A stretch of 64,000 nt of DNA from Squalus acanthias (taxonomy: Eukaryota): the NCBI GenBank assembly GCA_030390025.1, contig CM059432.1, forward strand, positions 20,834,001 through 20,898,000. Direction: 5' to 3'. The position numbers and the translations under genes are program-made. Shown one piece after another: positions 39,735-53,096 of the stretch (positions within the stretch are counted from its first letter, which is position 1; the number at the start of each line of letters is the position of its first letter). The notes under the pieces are model-generated. The model worked only from the letters and a program-made list of their open reading frames with translations, ran no database searches and was not told the DNA's origin.

Positions 39735-40498
39735 GGGGGAAAAATTCGTCAGCGACCATTTTGGGTCGCTAACATCGCCTGGGCACTAAATTTAGCACCC
39801 GGCGAAAAATAGCGCTGGTGATCGCTAAATTCGGTTTTAGCGCCCCAAGAGGGAGATGGAGCGCTAATTCAGGTGCTCCACTTCCTTAGAGCGCTAGCCC
39901 TGAATATCGGGGCGGTGCGTTCTGCAGCGCTGCGCACTGGACTACGTAGCGTTGCCGCATGGAAGGGCTCCTTCCCTCATGAAAGGGGAGGGCCCAAGCC
40001 CACAACTCTGCGGGGCCCTACCTGGACCACCGGGGAGTGGGGTGCCGTGCCAGCAGCCTGGCACTCGAGAGGAGTGGCGGGCTGCCAGATCGCGGCACGG
40101 ACCCCGCGTTGAAAGACGCAACAGGCCGCGACAAGTAAGTGGGCCGATTTTATTTTCCCCCAGCCCGCCACCTCCCCTTTAGTTAGCGCCCCGAGAGCCT
40201 CCTGCTGCTCCGTTCCCGCCCCCTGAATTGGTCGCTGTCATCGCCCGGCGCAGATTCAGGGGGCGCGGGCTAATTTTGCAGATGGGACGAAAACAGGGCG
40301 CTGCGCACGATGATGATGTCGTCATCGCCTGCGCAGCGGAGCGGGGCACTACTGGTTACCACCGACACTAAACTCCCGCTGAACTTAGTGGGAGCCGTTA
40401 GCGGCGCCGCGCGCAGGCAAAAAGTAATTTGCGCCCCGTTATCGCCCCCCCCCCGGTGGCGCTAACGGGAGGCGCAAATGCACCGAAATTTCTAGCCC
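39735..40498. mobile_element. Non-autonomous Harbinger-type TIR element related to 2225-3117, opposite orientation
   Basis: GGGGGAAAAATTCG ... CGAAATTTCTAGCCC termini; many TTAGCGCC/GGCGCTAA subterminal motifs; GC/CpG-rich. Confidence 0.75.
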
Positions 40499-42166
40499 AA
40501 GTTTTAGCTGGCAGGGATGAACTTCAAGATTTCAATCTAAGCTGGAGTGTGACGTTAAACCCGAATTTTCCAATTATTTCTTTTATTAGCTTCTAATCTG
40601 TGTTCCTAATGCTACTGGGAAAGCATCCAGGCCCTGAAAGTCCTCAGTCCTTCCTCAGTGTAAGTTCTGGCGTGTGCCCACCAGGAATTTCCACCACTGA
40701 CTCTGTCAAAGTATCCAGGGCCATGGGGAGGTTCTCTAATTTGAATATGGCTTGGAGGTGCCCGTGCCATTATTGGTATATCTTGGGCTCCACCAGAGCA
40801 GGGGGGTGGGGAGGGGGGGTCAGATAATGCGGTGCTGGGCAGCCTCTCTTCAGGCAGGAGTCCTGTACACGAGAAATTCATTGAAGGACCTATTGGCCCC
40901 CTTTTTAATCTCTCCCCGGATAGATGTTTCCTCAGGGGTCCAGGTCAGGAACCAGGACCACCAGATGATCCCACACACGTTGAGTGCGCCAGTACGTTTT
41001 GTTCATCCTGGCATACCGGCAGCCCAGTGTAATGCAAGCTGGAGCCAAGGAATTTCTCAGCTTGGGAATTCCCTCCTCCTGGCTCTGACATAAGTGGTTA
41101 TGTTTGGGACAGATGGAGGTTACACTGGAAACTGGCCTCACTGGAAACTCACCAACAAGACTGGGACCCGATGTATCTGGGTCTTGGCCTAATTCCTGGA
41201 CCTTCTGCTGCACTCTCGGCAAATTTGTGATCTGCATATTTTTGGGAACCATTGTCTGAGTGGGCGCTTGCCTCATTTATGTCCATGGAGTCTGTCAACA
41301 GCTGCAAATCTCAAAACATATTGGTGAAAGGGCCATTCCATATCCTCTTTTCGGGACTATAGCTAGATGTTATTAGTTATATTTTTCTTGATACTGACAA
41401 AGCATTGCCCAGTGGCATAGTGAATCAGAGTCCAAAAACACTTAGATTATGTAAGTGACCTGGGCCATTTCGAATATGATGGGGTTAATAATAGGAAGCT
41501 GGTAATGTTGCATAGCAACTGTTGGCTCGTGAAATGATCTCTGCTTTGGCAGGGTTGTTCCAAGCAATAGTTTGTTGTCAGGACTATTGAAGTGAGCACC
41601 CTGCACTAATGTACCATTATAATATGATTGTCTCCCTTGATTGGTAAGGAAGGATTTTCTGATTAAAAGTACACTGTTTTAACATACTGGGGACATAGTA
41701 ACATCTTAACAGTGAAGAAATATGATGTCAATCTGACAGTCAATTTCACCTCCTGTGAATAGTGAAATTGGATTAGTTGAAGGGTAGCTTCAGTTGAGAC
41801 TTCACCCTCACTGACAATACTTTGGTGAAGTCTAAATGATGGTCTGATGTTATACTAAACTCAACCACAGTCCATTTGATAAGATGAGCTGCAAGCCCAT
41901 TTTCTCTCCACAGTGTCTTCCTCATAGATAACAAGGGCTGAATATGGGCAGCATCGTAAGTGAAGTCCCTTTTTTTCCCTTTTGATATGTAAGATAATGC
42001 TGAAAAGAGGTAGCAGTAAAACCAATGAAGCAGCAGAAACCTCTGCTTCCTCGGTCCAAATACTTTCAGAAAAGCAAAACACTGCGGATGCTGGAAATCA
42101 GAAATAAAAACAGAAAACGCTGGAAATACTCAGCAGGTCAGGCAGCAATTGTGGCGAGAGAAACAG

Positions 42167-42203
42167 AGTTAACGTTTCAGGTCGATGACCTTTCGTCAGA
42201 ACC
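42167..42203 (-). ncRNA. Minimal type-I hammerhead ribozyme motif in a Penelope-like terminal repeat
   Basis: Minus strand reads GGUU-CUGACGA-A-AGGUC-auc-GACCU-GAAAC-GUU-AACU: both core boxes, stem II, palindromic ACGU stem III, short stem I. Confidence 0.7.
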
Positions 42204-42638
42204 TCCAAATACTTTCATATAGGCTAGTTCCTGAAGTATCTTGTACTTTTCACCCAATATGCCCACACTGTTATTAGTAAGCTCTCATTGTGCTGGTATT
42301 GCTGATATTTTCTTCAAAAATATTTTTTTTTCCCCTGTTTGAAATCTGATGTTGAATTTTCTTGTCAGAAAGACCTGGAACTCGAACCCGTAGCTATCTG
42401 GCTATGAAGCGAGCATTCTTACTGTCATGTGCTGAGTTGCTTTACGCAGTTTTATGTTCATTACAAGAATAAAAGCTAATACAACTGTCTCGGCGCAGGC
42501 TACAGTCAGCAGATGCCATGTGATGCTGGAATGCGGAGGGTGCTGGAGCTCGAAACTTGACGCATTCCTGATGACTAAGACTTTAAATGTACCGGGTAAA
42601 TTGAGGTCTATTAGCAACATTGATCTCTTGTGTTACAG

Positions 42639-42803
42639 TGGATGGAAAATGGCAAAAATGGAGCAGTTGGGAACCATGCACCAAAAGTTGTGACGGTGGG
42701 ACACAGCTTCGAATCAGGGTATGCACTGGGCCGTTTTTTGGAGGACTGCTGTGTGATGGACTTCAAGAGGAGTACAGGTTGTGCAACGACAAAAAATGCC
42801 CAG
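42639..42803 (+). CDS. ADGRB1: ADGRB1-like exon, TSR (BAI1 TSR5 equivalent)
   Basis: tgttacAG|TG GAT ... CCA G|GTaaat; 165 nt, phase 1-1; (V)[54 protein letters not shown]. Confidence 0.95.
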
Positions 42804-42949
42804 GTAAATATTTTGGGCTGTGTCTATGTTGTAATCTAGAATTAACGAGGGTGGCGCATTTGGGAAATACCTTTGTGCCTTAACATTCTGTGCCATAAAA
42901 TGATGACGATGTTGGTTTATGGTTGCTATTCCACAAATGGTAAGCCACT

Positions 42950-43790
42950 GAGGGTCTGCAGCATAGATTTACCAGCATGTTACTCGTGATGAGAAATTAG
43001 AGTTTTGAGAGAATTGAGATATGGGATTATTTCCTCTAAATTAGAGAATAAGAAGAGATTTAGTAGAGGATTTTTAATATAAAAAAATAGAAAATGAAGG
43101 GTTTTAAGAGAGTGAGAAGACAGTTTACGAGAAATACAATTATCAGGAAAGACTGAACAGGCTGGGCCTCTTTATTCTAGAAATGAGAAGACTGAGAGGT
43201 GACCTGATAGAGGTTTTTAAAATTATGAAGGGGTTCAATGGGGTAGATGTAGAGAATATATTTCCACTTGAGAGGGAGTCCAAAATTAGGGACCATAAAA
43301 ATAAGATCGTCACTCATAAATCCAATAAGGAATTCAGGAGAAACTTCTTTACCCAGAGAGTGGTGAGAATGAGGAAGTAATTGAGGTGAATAGCATAGAT
43401 GCATTTAAGGGGAAGTTAGATAAGTAGATGAGGGAGAAAGGGGTAAAAGATATGTTAATAGGGTGAGATGAAGTAGGGTGGGAGGAGGCTCGTGTGGAGC
43501 ATAAATACCGGCATTGACCTGATGGGCCGAATGGCCTGTTTCTGAGCTGTAAATTCTATGTAAATTTCTTTACACAGTTGTTTGAGTTTGGAATGCTTTG
43601 TTACTGGGAATAATTAAGGTACAGACCAGTGCATCAAATGGATAATTATTTGAAGCAGAGGAAAAGACAGGGTTATGGGGTGATAGGAGAGCAGAAGGAT
43701 TAGTTTTAGATGGCTTTTGCGAAGAGCTGGCACAGATGCAATGGACTGAATGGCCTCTTGTGTTGTAAATGTCCTACGGTTCTGTATGTC
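42950..43790 (+). mobile_element. Two interleaved decayed CR1 3' fragments
   Basis: RRLRGDLIEVFKIMKG...FFTQRVV at 43183-43380 with its 3' UTR, inside an older CR1-like remnant. Confidence 0.75.
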
Positions 43791-44649
43791 TATTTCACCA
43801 GAGGAAGCACAGAGGATGAAGGGAGGGAGTCGGCCTGGGTTATCCTAGCAGCTGCTTTCAAAATGTCACTGGCAGGAGAGGAGACTTGGGAGTAGTTTAC
43901 TGTAAATCCCTTTCATTTAGCAAACTTTGTGTAATGAGACAGAGCTAGAAAGAAGCAAGAAGCTAAATAACGGCATCAATAATAGAGAGCTATGAATGGA
44001 GCACAAGGTATTAACGCATTCAAGGGACTCTGATGATGTTCAACTCATCATGTTATTACAAATAGTTGCTGACAGTTGCTGCTGTGAGACACAATCATCA
44101 AATTGCTCAGACTTGCACCCAAATTAACCGTATGCGTTGTTACTTAGCAACCGATAGATAGTGTCTCCATGACCACCGCTTCAAAATGGTTGTCAAGGTA
44201 AAACCCACAGAAAGTAGTGACAGAGATAATTACAATAAAAAAGCAAACATCAAGGTCAGGGAAGGAGGGATTGCATTTTCAGATTAAATAAAGCAATCTA
44301 TACAAGGTTAGAAGTGCAAAATTAGGCTACGAGTTCCTTTGAGTGCCAATGTCTCATAGCTCTGCAGTACATGACGAACTTTCAAGACTATATCCATATC
44401 ATAACAAGAATGTTTGCATGGCCTCTGAAGGTCAAAGGTAAAGGAATAAAAGATGTCAATATATGAATAGGGTGGCCCTACCCCCTCCCCTGAATTTCAT
44501 GGAGTCTCCTGATTTGGAATTAACACTCTCTCCCATGTTCTTTCAGTGACCTGAAATCCACAGTAAATGCAGATAAGACTATGCATAGTCTCAAAATCTC
44601 CCTAATTATAAAGAAGAAATGACAAGAACAATTTGCATTTACACAGCAC

Positions 44650-45830
44650 TTTAGTTTTTTTTTATTCATTCTTGAGATGTCGGCTTTGCTGGCAAGGCTG
44701 GCATTTATTGCTCACCCCTGGCTGCCCTGAGGCCTTCTTCTTGAACCACTGCAGTCGCTGTGGTGAATGTGCTCCCACAATGCTGTTAGCTAGGGAGTTC
44801 CAGGATTTTGATCCAACTACAATGAAGGAACGGCGATATGTGTCCAGATCAGGATGGTGTGTGACTTGGAGGGGAACTTGGAGGTGATAGTATTCCCATG
44901 TGGCTGTTGCCCTTGTCCTTCTACGTGGTGGAGGTCGTTGGTTTGGTTCGGTGCTGCCGAAAAGGACTTGTGGAGTTGCTGAGTGCACCTGCATATAGTA
45001 CCCGCTGCAGCTACAGTATGTTGCTGGTGGTAGGGGTGGATGTCAATCAAGCAGACTGCTTTGTCCTTGATGGTGTCGAGCTTCTCGAGTGTTGTTGCAG
45101 CTGCACCCATCCAGGCAAGTGGAGAGTATTCCATCACACTCCTGACTTATAAACATAGAAACTAGGAGCAGGAGTAGGCCATTCGGCCCATCGAGCCTGC
45201 TCCACCATTCAATACGATCATGGCTGATCATTCAAATCCAGTACCCTGTCCCTGCTTTAATCCCCACAGTACACATATCCCACCCTACCCCCGTAACCCC
45301 ACGTATTTAATTCCCCCTAACATATCCCATCCTATCCCCATAACCCCACATATTTAATCCCCCCCTAACACTAAGGGTCAATTTATCATAGCCAAATCAA
45401 CCTAACCCACACATTTTTGGACTGTGGGAGGAAACCGGAGCACCCGGAGGAAACCCACGCAGACACGGGGAGAATGTGCAAACTCCACACAGACAGTCAC
45501 CCGAGGTCAGATTCGAACCCGGGTCCCTGGCGCTGTGAGGCACCAGTGCTAACCACTATGCCACCGTATGCCTTGTAGGTGGTGGAGAGGCTTTTGGGAG
45601 TCAGGAGGTGAGCCACATAGTGCAGAATGCGTAGTCTCTGACTTGCTCTTGTAGCAAGAGCATTTATGTGGCTGGTCCAGTTGAGTTTCTCGTCAATGGT
45701 GAGCTCCAAAATGTTGATGGTGGGGGACTCGGAAATGGTAATGCCATTTAATGTCCAAGGGGAAATGGTTTTGTTCTCTCTTCTTAGAGATGGACATTGA
45801 ATGGCAATTATGTGGAATAAATTTGCCATG
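44650..45830 (-). mobile_element. Decayed CR1/L2-group LINE 3' portion (family distinct from elements A-C)
   Basis: ESPTINILELTIDEKLNWTSHI, LLTPKSLSTTYKA and MEYSPLAW...LDTIKDKA peptides. Confidence 0.8.
45151..45566 (-). mobile_element. Second copy of the same HE1-like SINE
   Basis: Close reverse complement of 58554-59008; TAT at both flanks; interrupts an older LINE. Confidence 0.88.
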
Positions 45831-46618
45831 CTGCTCCTGCCAGCCTGATTCGGCACATTCAGCGGTGTTACACCGGGATCGGGCCCTAATTCGAGCATGA
45901 TCCAATAACTCGGCCGTTAACTTTCCACTATGAGTTTGGCTCGTTTCAGTGGATACTTTGCATTGTATTTCTACACTTGTACCTTTCCTTCCTCTATGGT
46001 CTCTCTCTTTCTCTCTCTTTCTCTCTCTCCCTCAGTTAGGCATGGGACTTAGCCGACTCTGGTTAAAAACAACTTTTATTGATCACCAAGTGATTTTATC
46101 AAAGCCAGCCACACTACAATTGGCACATAAACAGACTGTTAGAAAATAGGCATTTTCTAAGCAAATCAAAAGTCACAGATATTAAATAATCTACTTTACA
46201 ATTCCTGCCATGAACTCTGCATGGTTAAAGGTGCAAAATATGAAGTCCTGCTCATAATTAATGCAAATTATAGTACATTCAGAGAGAGACATTGAACCAG
46301 ATCTTACCTAAACAAAGCCTTCAATCAGGCTAGAGAGTGGGTTTTTCCTTGTGAGAAATAACCAAAACAAAAATATATGATTCTAACTTTCATAAAACAT
46401 CTGTGATAGTATTTATTGGGGGGAATCAAGTCAAATAGCACAAAAGATCACGGAATTTTAAGAGTAAATGAGTTACGGCTGTAACTACAATGCGCCCAAG
46501 TAGTCGCGATCTTTTAAGTTCGACTATTGAACCCTTCACCCCATACCAGACCCCGCCCACAAAACAGGCCCCCCGCGCCCAGTAACCAAGCGCGTCTTTT
46601 CTCCAATTGTGCTTGGTC

Positions 46619-46638
46619 GTGGGGTGGGGGGGGGGGGT

Positions 46639-46671
<33 letters not shown>
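46619..46671 (+). repeat. Poly-G tract with a few T interruptions
   Basis: About 50 nt of almost pure G. Confidence 0.95.
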
Positions 46672-46672
<1 letters not shown>

Positions 46673-47730
46673 GCATTACATTGCGCCCAGAGTCTCAGGC
46701 CCACAGGCACCCGTGCTCATTCTGAATCCAGCGCAAAGCAGCTGACCAGCGGTGAATGAAAGCCTCAGACCTGCCCCGCTGCTGCAGACATCAAACATCT
46801 TTCATAAAACTTTGACGGAGGGCTCATTTTCTGACTATTCCTCTGCAGAGAGGGAAACGTTAAAAATACTGCAGACTCCATACAGGGCAATTTAAATTAA
46901 TTACAGCAAAAGTTTGCAGGACAGAGAGATAAGTGTTGCTTACCTTGTAGTCTCCAGTCTGAAGGGGAATTCTTTTTCTTCACCTTTTACACTCCCCCAC
47001 CTTGAGGCTCTATGGGCTCTGTTCCAGTCACGATTCCATTACGCCCGTTTACGCTGACTGCGCTGATTCATGGGCGGTATTACATTGGGCGCCATCTCAC
47101 CACGGCCAGACGGTCGCAGTGTCGGGCGCATTTTGGACACAATTCGCTGATAGCGCCCTTGGAGGAAACTCAGGGCCACGTTTACGTTCAAAAATCAGGT
47201 TTATACCATGTCTATATCCGGTCCTCTCCTCAAATAATGGTAGAGTTCTTCCAGTGTTCTGGGCTTAGTGTTCTCTCACAAATACGCACATACATAGAGA
47301 TTCCATCACCCTCTATCACACAGAACATAATAACAATAAGTTAATGTGCAAACGCATCGCTGTTGGGAATTACTCAAGGTCACTTGCAAAATTTGTCAAA
47401 GTAATAGCCAACCTGTACTTACTATGAATATCAAAAGATTTGTCATGAAAGAATGTGTGTGCTCACTGATTTCAGTAGTTACGGACTCTGTACAATGTTC
47501 GGGAATTCAGCATAGGCAGATAGATCTAATGTACGAAAGTTCAGCTGCAGTTCTTCAGTTGCCTTGTGTTAATCCCAATCCTCTTAATGAGTTGCAGTTA
47601 GAGTCCAACATTGCTATCAATCACAGTCTCAGTTAAAGTTCAAGCTCTGTTCCCTTGGCCACAGCATTAAACATTGACAGATAATTCTCCACGATATGCC
47701 AAAAGGGGCTGATGAAATGACATTTTGTCA

Positions 47731-49075
47731 TAAGAACATAAGAACATAAGAAATAGAAGCTGAAGTAGGCCATTCGGCCCCTCAAGCCTGCTCTGCCATT
47801 CAATAAGATCACGGCTGAACTTCTACATCAACTCCACTTTCCTGCCCGATCTCCATATCTCTTGATTCCCTTAGTGCCCAAAAATCTATCGATCTCAGTC
47901 TTCAATATACTCATTGACTTAGTGGGCCAGCAATTCGGCTCTCCGGCTTCCCGCGGGTGCAAGTATCGCACGCGTACTTACATACCGCGCCTGCCGTTGT
48001 GCTTCGGCCCCGCGTGGAATTCGGCTCCTGGGCCTCCTGCAGCTGCCGGCGCGCAGTGCTTGTGTATCCCAGGGGTGCAGTTAGTTTGAAGCGTCCCCTG
48101 GGATCACGTGGGCCATGGAGAGCCAATCGGAGCAGGGAATCTTCATTCATAGATTTGACAGGAAGGCCTGTCAAATCTATGAATAGAGATCGGCCCCAAA
48201 ACCTCACTAAAACTTCAAATAAATTTTAAAAAAACATCACATTTTTAAAATAACTATAAATTACATAAATTAACTACTTTAAACAAAAATTTAAATTAAA
48301 AAAAAAATTAATTACACTTTTTAACGGTGCTAAAAATAAACTTACCTTTCTTTAAAGTATGTAAAAAAGATAAACCTGTTGAAAATGTTTTTAAATTGTA
48401 CTTAATTCACCACTTACCTTGTTAAAAGCAGGCCTTGCGCCTCCTTTTTCCCCGCGCAGCTTCTCCGTACTTACCCTCACGGAGAAACCTGAAAAAAAAA
48501 ATGAAGTTTGAGGTCTACGCGCTGCCTCTCCGGCGCACGCATTCGACCTCTGAACCCCTTCCTTCAGGGGAACGGAAGTTCCGGTTTCCAGTGCATGCGC
48601 AGTGCATGTGCGAAACCGGCACTTTCGTTGGGTCTACGGGTGAGTACCCAGCGCGTACTCACCCGTGGAGACCCGAATTTCTGGCCCATTATTCACAGCT
48701 CTCTGGGGTAGAGAATTCCAAATATTCACAACCCTCTCAGTGAAGAAATTTCTCCTCATCTCAGTCCTGAATGGCTGACCCCTTATCCTGAGATGATGAT
48801 CCTTAGTTCTGGAATCTCCAGGCAGGGGAAACAACCTCTCAGTATCTACCCTGTCAAGGCCTCTAAGAATTTTGTACATTTCAATGAGATCACCTTCTTC
48901 TAAACTCCAGAGAATATAGGCCCATTCTACTCAATCTCTCCTCATAGGACAGCCCTCTCATCCCAGGAATCAATCTAGTGAAGCTTCGTTGCACCGCCTC
49001 CAAGGCAAGTATGTCCTTCCTTGGGTAAGGAGACCAAAACTGTGGACAGTACTCCAGGTGTGGTCTTATCAAATC
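47731..49075 (-). mobile_element. CR1 3' fragment, split by the TIR element
   Basis: (AAGAACAT)n tail at the left; RPHLEYC...WSPY, FFTERVV peptides. Confidence 0.9.
47924..48687. mobile_element. Non-autonomous Harbinger-type TIR element inserted into a CR1 3' fragment
   Basis: 15-bp TIR GGGCCAG(C/A)AATTCGG with one mismatch; 3-bp flanks AGT/ATT; CR1 sequence resumes on both sides. Confidence 0.85.
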
Positions 49076-49430
49076 GCTATACTGATTCTACATCCTGATT
49101 TTCTGGGCTAAGATCCTTTCTCCCTACTGCCTTTATCTTATCCTTTATTATCAGGGCTACCCCACCTCCTTTTCAATTTTGCCTGACTTTTGTAACAGTC
49201 AAATATCCTGGAATATTTAGGCATATGGCTGAGTCTTGTGAGCGCACCTTCAACAATACCATAATCAAATATAAATACGCAGCATTTCAGGGTCAAGGCA
49301 GGGTATATTCGAACACCGCAGTTGAATCCTCCTATTTCTCTTTTCCATTACCTGAATGGCATGTAGGACTGAAAGAAGTGTTGGCTTAAACAATTTATCC
49401 GTGTTAACCAAGGCATAATTTCTGCTTCAG

Positions 49431-49532
49431 AACCTCATGAATACTGTCAGGAAGAAAATTACAACTCAGTAGTGTGGACGAAGACACCAGCAGGAGAGTC
49501 CGCAGTGGTCAGCTGCCCACCAAGTGCTGCAG
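49431..49532 (+). CDS. ADGRB1: ADGRB1-like exon, N-terminal half of the hormone-receptor motif (HRM); absent from the ORF track
   Basis: tttctgcttcAG|AA CCT CAT ... GCA G|GTaatt; 102 nt, phase 1-1; (E)PHEYCQEENYNSVVWTKTPAGESAVVSCPPSAA versus recalled BAI1 [34 protein letters not shown]. Confidence 0.93.
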
Positions 49533-51293
49533 GTAATTATTGCTGGCAGGGAGTTTGATGGGGAGATCTAACCTCCACTTGAAAATTGGACATTCTGAAC
49601 AGGTACGCTGCTGGAAGTGGGGAGGAAAGTTAATTACTTTCAGACACTTTCTGAAATACATTGGCCTCAATAGTAACACCCACACGGTGGGCCAGAGAGG
49701 AGTCGGGGTGGGGGTTAAAAATTAAAAATCGGGGACCGTGTCCCCAACATGCTGCGTACGTAACTGCTGCCGTTTTTACGGGTTGCATGGTGTCCGTGTG
49801 TCCCGTCTTGGAGAGGTGGGAAACTTCATTATCATAATTAAATGAGGCTCCCACAGTGCAATTGGGAAACTGATTTACGGCCAGGTTTCCCAGGGCTCGG
49901 GAAACCGAGCAGCGAACTGGAACTTCTGGCTCCAGCAAGTTAATACTTTTTTATAGCACTCCTTGTGGGCCAGGAGGATTGCGGTCGATTGTGGTCTCTC
50001 CTCACGGCCACGATCAGCGACTTCCCCCCCAAGCCCTGATCTCTCCCTCGCCAGCTCCGCAACCCCCCTCCGCCACCCACAAAGCCCCGATCTCTCCCCC
50101 ATCATTGTTAGGCTCTCCTCCCACCCCTACCCTCACCAAGCCCCAATCCCAAGCCCCGATCATGCTCTCCTGATTGCCGGAGGCCATCCCCAAGGGTCCC
50201 CGGCTGTGGCCTTCTGCCGCTGGTTTTCCAGCCAGCCTGTCGATCTGGCTAACTTCCAGACGGGAAACGGAAGATTAAAATTGTAATGAGGTCCTGACAT
50301 TAAATGTAGGAGGTCCTCCACGCCCCGAACTCTCCCCGTAAATATCGCAGCCATGTCTTTGTTGAGAGTAGTAGTCACAATTTAAATAGATTTGTTTTCC
50401 ACTTTTGCCAATTGGGTCTTTTGGCACCACATAACATCCATGGCTAGTTTTATATATGATTAGTGTAGTTGGATATTGGGAGGGGATAAAAACCTTAATC
50501 TTACTCATGGAGAACCATGTAGGTCATGAACATTCATCGCTGTCACACGGGTGTGTGGTCTTCGGAAATCAGAAGGAGCATAAAAATGGTGGGAGGGAAT
50601 TGTTACTAATTTTCCAAGCAGAAAACCAATATACCTTTAATATACCTGGGGTTATCATCAAAACAGAGTACTTGAGGCAGAAGATACTGAGAGAGCAGCA
50701 AACATTGTTGCCTGAATCATGGACCACCGAGATAACATATTCTGAAAAAGTAGCAGTGAAGCGTAAGAGAATAGGTTGAGGCACTAGAATCTGGGACAGT
50801 TGATTGTGAGTAGAAGTGGAAAGGTGGAGACCCTCAACCAGGGTATACAAGTCATGGGATCTTCAGAGTTCATCACAGGGGAATGCACTATAACATGATT
50901 GTTTTGTACAGTAGGTCAAATTGCTTCACAACTAAGGGGACCTGCTATCTATTTCCGCTTAATGTGATGAATTTCCCTTGAGTGGTTACCATGGAAGAAC
51001 AGTACTGGGTCTCAGATCAGTAATTAAGAGTATATTATTTTGACTTTATAGGGTAGAAATAATGAACCGCATTGTCCTTGTACAAACATTTAATATGTTC
51101 TTGGCAAATTCAATCTGTGCTGTTTAAATGCAGGCTCAACCCACAAATAAGTGGATTAACACCTGCATTAAAATGGAGCGGAGAGGAATTTTTTACATGC
51201 ATGTTAAGCATTTGTACGGGAACAACGGCAATTGTAATTTCTCCTTATAATGACATTGAAGAATGCCACAACTAATAATTTTAATGTTCTCAG

Positions 51294-51400
51294 GAATAAT
51301 CCTGAGAAATTGTGTCCTAGATGATGAGGGAATCGCTTTTTGGGAGCCTCCGAGTTTTACCAAATGTGTTTCCAATGACTACCAAATGTTGCAGTTAGAG
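51294..51400 (+). CDS. ADGRB1: ADGRB1-like exon, C-terminal half of the HRM
   Basis: gttctcAG|GA ATA ... GAG|GTaagt; 107 nt, phase 1-0; (G)[35 protein letters not shown]. Confidence 0.95.
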
Positions 51401-52099
51401 GTAAGTGTATCACTTGATACTCTGTGCAGAAGGTATATTGTGATCGAGGAGTTTATGACCAGTAAGAGGAGAATTTCTCTGCCGACTCTCGTTGACGATG
51501 CCTGTTACTCACTTCTTCCTTTTCACTGTTCCACCATATATGGGAAAATGCACCATTTGTGCAATAACTGGATGGTATTTTTGGGGTATTTTTCTCTCCA
51601 TCCTGTTGCTTTTCTAAATCTCCTCCTACATTAGAGCTTTAATGAAATCTCCTGGTGATAGACAGGTAGGGGGCCATGGCAGTTGTCCATTTAAGAGGCT
51701 TAGATGTTATGTAACGTCCTTGAATCTTAACTGCCTTCTGAAGTGGCCCAGCAAGTCACTCGGTTGTACCAAACCATTACCAGCGGTTTAAGAAGGCCCA
51801 CCACCATCTTCTCAGGGCAACTAGGGATGGGCAATATTGCTGGCCTAGCCAGCGACGGTCCACATCCCGACAATCAAGAAAGAAAAATAAAACACCAGAG
51901 ATTCTGAAAGGATCTTGCATTTACCATGAAATTTCTATGTTGTAGAATTGACAAATTTGATTTCACGTTTCAATGAATTACAAAATTTTAAAAATCTTTC
52001 TCAAATTAACAAGTTTATCACTACCAACATCTTTAATGGGTAGATTTAGTTATGTAGCATCAGTGAATTTGAAATATAAGCTCCCACAACTATTTCTGC

Positions 52100-52618
52100 C
52101 CTCATCTCTGTCCTTGGCCTCCTACACTGTTTCAATGAAGCTTGAGGAACAGCACCTCATCTTTCGATTAGGCACTTAACAGCCTTCTGGACTCGACATA
52201 GAGTTCAACAATTTCAGACCATAACCGCTGCTCCCATTTTTTTGGACAGAAGTTGCTGGTAATGATTCTGCTGTTGCCATTTACAGCTCCTCTAGACCCA
52301 TCTTTTGTTTCTTGACTTGACCCATTACCGCCCCCTTTTTGCCTTGCTCCATCATCCCTTTTGTCATTTAATCACTCCTGCCTTCCACCCTATCACAGAC
52401 CTTCCCATTTATTCTTTCCTCCCCTCCCCACTTTCCCTGCCTCTGTAATTGCTTAAAACCTGTTACATCTCTAACCTTTGCCAGTTCTAATGAAAGGTCA
52501 ATGACCTGAAACGTTAACTCTGTTTCTCTCTCCACAGATGCTGCCTGACCTGCTGAGTTTTTCCAGCATTTTCTGTTTTTATTTCAGATTTCCAGCATCC
52601 GCAGTAATTTGCTTTTGT
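52100..52618 (+). mobile_element. Penelope-like element 3' fragment (GIY-YIG C-terminus plus terminal repeat)
   Basis: KLEEQHLIFRLGT*QPSGLDIEFNNFR resembles the end of PLE GIY-YIG domains; followed by a hammerhead-like motif; inverted terminal-repeat fragments at about 17910-18000, 42070-42204 and 61622-61695. Confidence 0.75.
52483..52519 (+). ncRNA. Hammerhead motif with mutated core (CUAAUGA)
   Basis: AGUU-CUAAUGA-A-AGGUC-aau-GACCU-GAAAC-GUU-AACU. Confidence 0.6.
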
Positions 52619-53096
52619 TAAAGACAAATTGTGTTTGACTAAATTGATTGAATTCTTTGGTGAAGTAACAGAGGGGGTTGATGAACGTAATACAGTTGAT
52701 GTTGTTTATATGGACTTTCAAAAAACATTTGATAAAGTACCATATAATAGAAGCCATATAATTAAAGAGGTAGTGGCTGCATGGATACGTACTTGGCTAA
52801 GGGACAGAAAACAGAGAGTAGTGGTGAGTGGTTGTTTTTCTGACTGGAGGGAAGTGTTAAGTGATGTCCCCCAGGGGTCGGTATTGGGACCACTGCTCTT
52901 TATGATAGATGTTAATGACCTGGACTTGGGTATACAGGGCATAATTTCAAAGTTTGCATATGACACAAAACTCGGAAATGTAATAAACAGTGAGGAGGGT
53001 AGTAACAGACTCCAGGAAGACATAGACAGGCTGGTGAAATGAGCAGACACATGGCAGATGAAATTTAATGCAGAGAAGCAGAAAGTGATTAATTTT

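Noticed and set aside
39735..40498. CpG-island internal promoter
   Set aside because: The CpG richness coincides with a TIR element repeated elsewhere in the window
46426..46745. Poly-Pro / poly-Gly ORFs
   Set aside because: Translations of a poly-G tract
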